This document shows, in pieces, positions 34,595 to 35,107 of a stretch of 35,107 bases of DNA (the first letter of the stretch is position 1; every line of letters starts with the position of its first letter). Source of the DNA: a virus (lineage: Duplodnaviria; Caudoviricetes). The notes under the pieces were generated by a model. It was given only the letters and a program-made list of their open reading frames with translations, did no database searches and had not been told where the DNA came from. Location: IMG/VR virus record IMGVR_UViG_3300010376_002105, positions 1 to 35,107 of that record; one strand, given 5' to 3'. Made by a program: the position numbers and the translations under genes.

Positions 34595-34683
34595 TCCCGA
34601 ATGACCGGCAAACCGGAAATTATGCCGGATTGTGGGACCAACTTCCGGTTAACCGACTAACCGCCCGGAATCCGACAACTCGG
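34595..34683. repeat. back-to-back cassette-end motifs between the CPBP and TIGR03435 genes
   Basis: 34595-34625 is an inverted copy (24/31) of 33476-33506; 34645-34672 is a direct copy (24/28) of 33395-33422. Confidence 0.75.
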
Positions 34684-34690
34684 TCAACCA

Positions 34691-35107
34691 CTAGTTCTCA
34701 GAGGGTTGTTGGATGCGATCAATGACGAGGGTTTTGATGGGACCGCGCCCACGTTTGATCTTGAGGCCAAGGCGGTCCACTACTCTGAGGGCTGCGGTGA
34801 CAAGCTCGTGGTTGTCAGGATCGTCGGGCGGTAAATAGAAATCATATGACCCGGTAATTCCGGTTTCGTTCAGAACTGGAAGTTGAAGATACCGGCTAAG
34901 CCTCTGCGCGAGGTAATCAGTGCTGGTGTTGATGCCCATCGCCTCTCCATCAGCAATCCCGCCCTGCTTCGCAACCACAATGGCCCGAGGATCCGATGCA
35001 GCGTCTTTTGGTGGCTTGAGTTGGAGCGGCTTGTTGCCAAGGGTGAGTATGTAGACTTCGCCTTCCTTTGTTTCAAAGTGGGACTTAAAGCCGAAGCGAT
35101 CGCGGAG
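34691..35107 (-). CDS. TIGR03435 family protein (acidobacterial), 5' end outside the window
   Basis: L.DRFG.K.H.ETKE..VY.L; LA..LS..L..PV.NETG.TG.YDF.L; A....LGLK....GP...LVID.I..PSEN. Confidence 0.9.
   Translation of the reverse strand, partial: LRDRFGFKSHFETKEGEVYILTLGNKPLQLKPPKDAASDPRAIVVAKQGGIADGEAMGINTSTDYLAQRLSRYLQLPVLNETGITGSYDFYLPPDDPDNHELVTAALRVVDRLGLKIKRGRGPIKTLVIDRIQQPSEN

Noticed and set aside
34619-34627. ATTATGCCG resembling RIT-element terminal repeats
   Set aside because: Only one recombinase is present rather than a trio, and no matching partner end was seen.
34853-34866. GTAATTCCGGTTTC resembling the cassette-end motif
   Set aside because: Lies inside the TIGR03435 gene where it encodes the conserved ETGIT segment, and lacks the downstream CCGAC units.
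1-35107. CRISPR array, tRNA/rRNA, DGR reverse transcriptase or IS transposase
   Set aside because: No regularly spaced repeats, cloverleaf, RT motifs, TR/VR pair or DDE ORF seen by eye.

Overview
Most of the window (1 to ~28.8 kb, nearly all + strand) is an HK97/lambda-like siphoviral prophage. Gene order is small early genes, an HTH replication initiator with an internal ori-like repeat tract, an XRE regulator and a strong terminator, a lysis block (M15 peptidase endolysin plus membrane proteins), HNH / cos-like region / TerS / TerL / portal / protease / major capsid, head-tail and tail genes, tape measure, a large signal-peptide-bearing fibre-like gene, and Dit/hub/DUF6950/J-like tail-tip genes. 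Three compositionally foreign morons sit inside the tail operon. From ~28.8 kb the composition changes and genes run on the - strand: a DUF4062+HEAT-like protein, a LigD-type ligase, a tyrosine recombinase, a CPBP protease and a partial TIGR03435 protein. The TIGR03435 gene and the VWA-related/PA14 gene point to an Acidobacteriota host (inference). The most notable signals are: (1) a family of GYRTAANTTCCGGTT..CCGAC sites next to the tyrosine recombinase that bracket single genes as inverted repeats, with one such cassette inside the phage tail operon; (2) a lysis gene that looks like a holin, an internal signal peptide and an outer-membrane beta-barrel fused together, next to an i-spanin-like gene with no o-spanin; (3) a tail-fibre-like protein with a Sec signal peptide and 24 Cys; (4) an unannotated 31-aa peptide ending in the beta-clamp motif QLDLF just upstream of the replication gene. 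All product calls come from motif reading by eye; no searches were run.
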